Assembly (NCBI GenBank): GCA_963843845.1
Contig: CAWJMB010000002.1
Span: forward strand, 2,400,001-2,464,000
Reading direction: 5' to 3'
DNA: 64,000 nucleotides
Source: an uncultured Gemmatimonadaceae bacterium
Lineage (GTDB): Bacteria; Gemmatimonadota; Gemmatimonadetes; Gemmatimonadales; Gemmatimonadaceae
In this document: one piece after another, positions 63,463 through 64,000 of the stretch
How the letters are laid out: each line of letters starts with the position of its first letter
Position numbering within the stretch: position 1 is the stretch's first letter
The notes under the pieces: generated by a model
Databases searched by the model: none
What the model saw: the letters and a program-made list of their open reading frames with translations, nothing else
Told to the model about the DNA's origin: nothing
Translations under genes and position numbers: made by a program

Positions 63463-63985
63463 CTAGATCGCCTTGAACTCCTCGAACGGCTGCCGGCAGG
63501 CGTCGCAGAAGTGGATCGACTTGCACGCCGTCGTCCCGAACGCGCTGCGTAACGCCGTCTGCGCCGAGCCACAGTACGGGCACGGCACCGTCGAGCGCCG
63601 ACGCAGCGGCACGAGGTCCGGCCCCTCCGCCGGCCCCGGCGGCGCGATCCCGTAGGCGCGCAGCTTCTCGCGCGCCTCCGGCGCGATCCAGTCGGTCGTC
63701 CACGGCGGCGAGTAGGTGGTCCGCACCTGCGCCTCGCCGAAGCCGTGGGCGGCGAGCGCCGACGACGATGTCGCGCTCGATCTCGCGCATCGCGGGGCAG
63801 CCCGAATACGTCGGCGTGACGACGACGGTCACCGCGTCGCCGTGCAGTTCGACGTCGCGCACGATCCCGAGCTCGACGACCGACAGCACCGGCACTTCGG
63901 GGTCCGGCACCGTGCCGATCGCCGCCCAGACGGCCGCACTGCGGTCCGACGGAATCACCGCCCCGACCGCGCCGCGCGACGTCAC
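63463..63985 (-). CDS. paaD: Phenylacetyl-CoA epoxidase subunit PaaD (frameshift near 63760)
   Basis: VPDPEVP, TPTYSGCPA, WTTDW, CPYC, FGTTACK, C..C.QPFEEFKAI. Confidence 0.92.
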
Positions 63986-64000
63986 CAGCTCGCCCCTGGA
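63982..64000 (-). CDS. 3' end of a gene, probably paaC (truncated by window edge)
   Basis: Reads PGASW-stop, matching the PGAxW terminus of PaaC; GTGA overlap with paaD. Confidence 0.55.

Overview
High-GC (roughly 70% by eye) bacterial chromosomal segment. Gene content (two SusC/SusD pairs, a PEP-CTERM protein, lipoproteins, MacB/FtsX permeases) indicates a diderm, most plausibly Gemmatimonadota (inference only). It holds housekeeping genes (sod, speA, efp, infA, tex, apaG, chdC/hemQ), nine tRNAs (tRNA-Pro plus an 8-tRNA operon downstream of efp), a starch/maltodextrin PUL-like locus beside an NrtR-family regulator, a tesA/ybbAP-like module, a second SusC/SusD/DUF4397 locus, and a large aromatic catabolism region (paa genes, hppD, hmgA, aminotransferase, flavin amine oxidase) interrupted by a fused 2-oxoacid dehydrogenase E1. 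Many genes carry single-base frameshifts that look like long-read errors. Best leads: (1) an octamer CGTTAGGC present at least 13 times in several reading frames and intergenically, forcing rare codons, so probably a DNA-level signal; (2) a lipoprotein fusing a CxxCH heme-c motif to a PHM-like dicopper monooxygenase with all six Cu ligands; (3) a possible phenylpyruvate to phenylacetyl-CoA route via the embedded E1; (4) an EF-P with Asn at the normally modified Lys; (5) several candidate leaderless genes. No CRISPR array, rRNA, integrase or transposase was seen.
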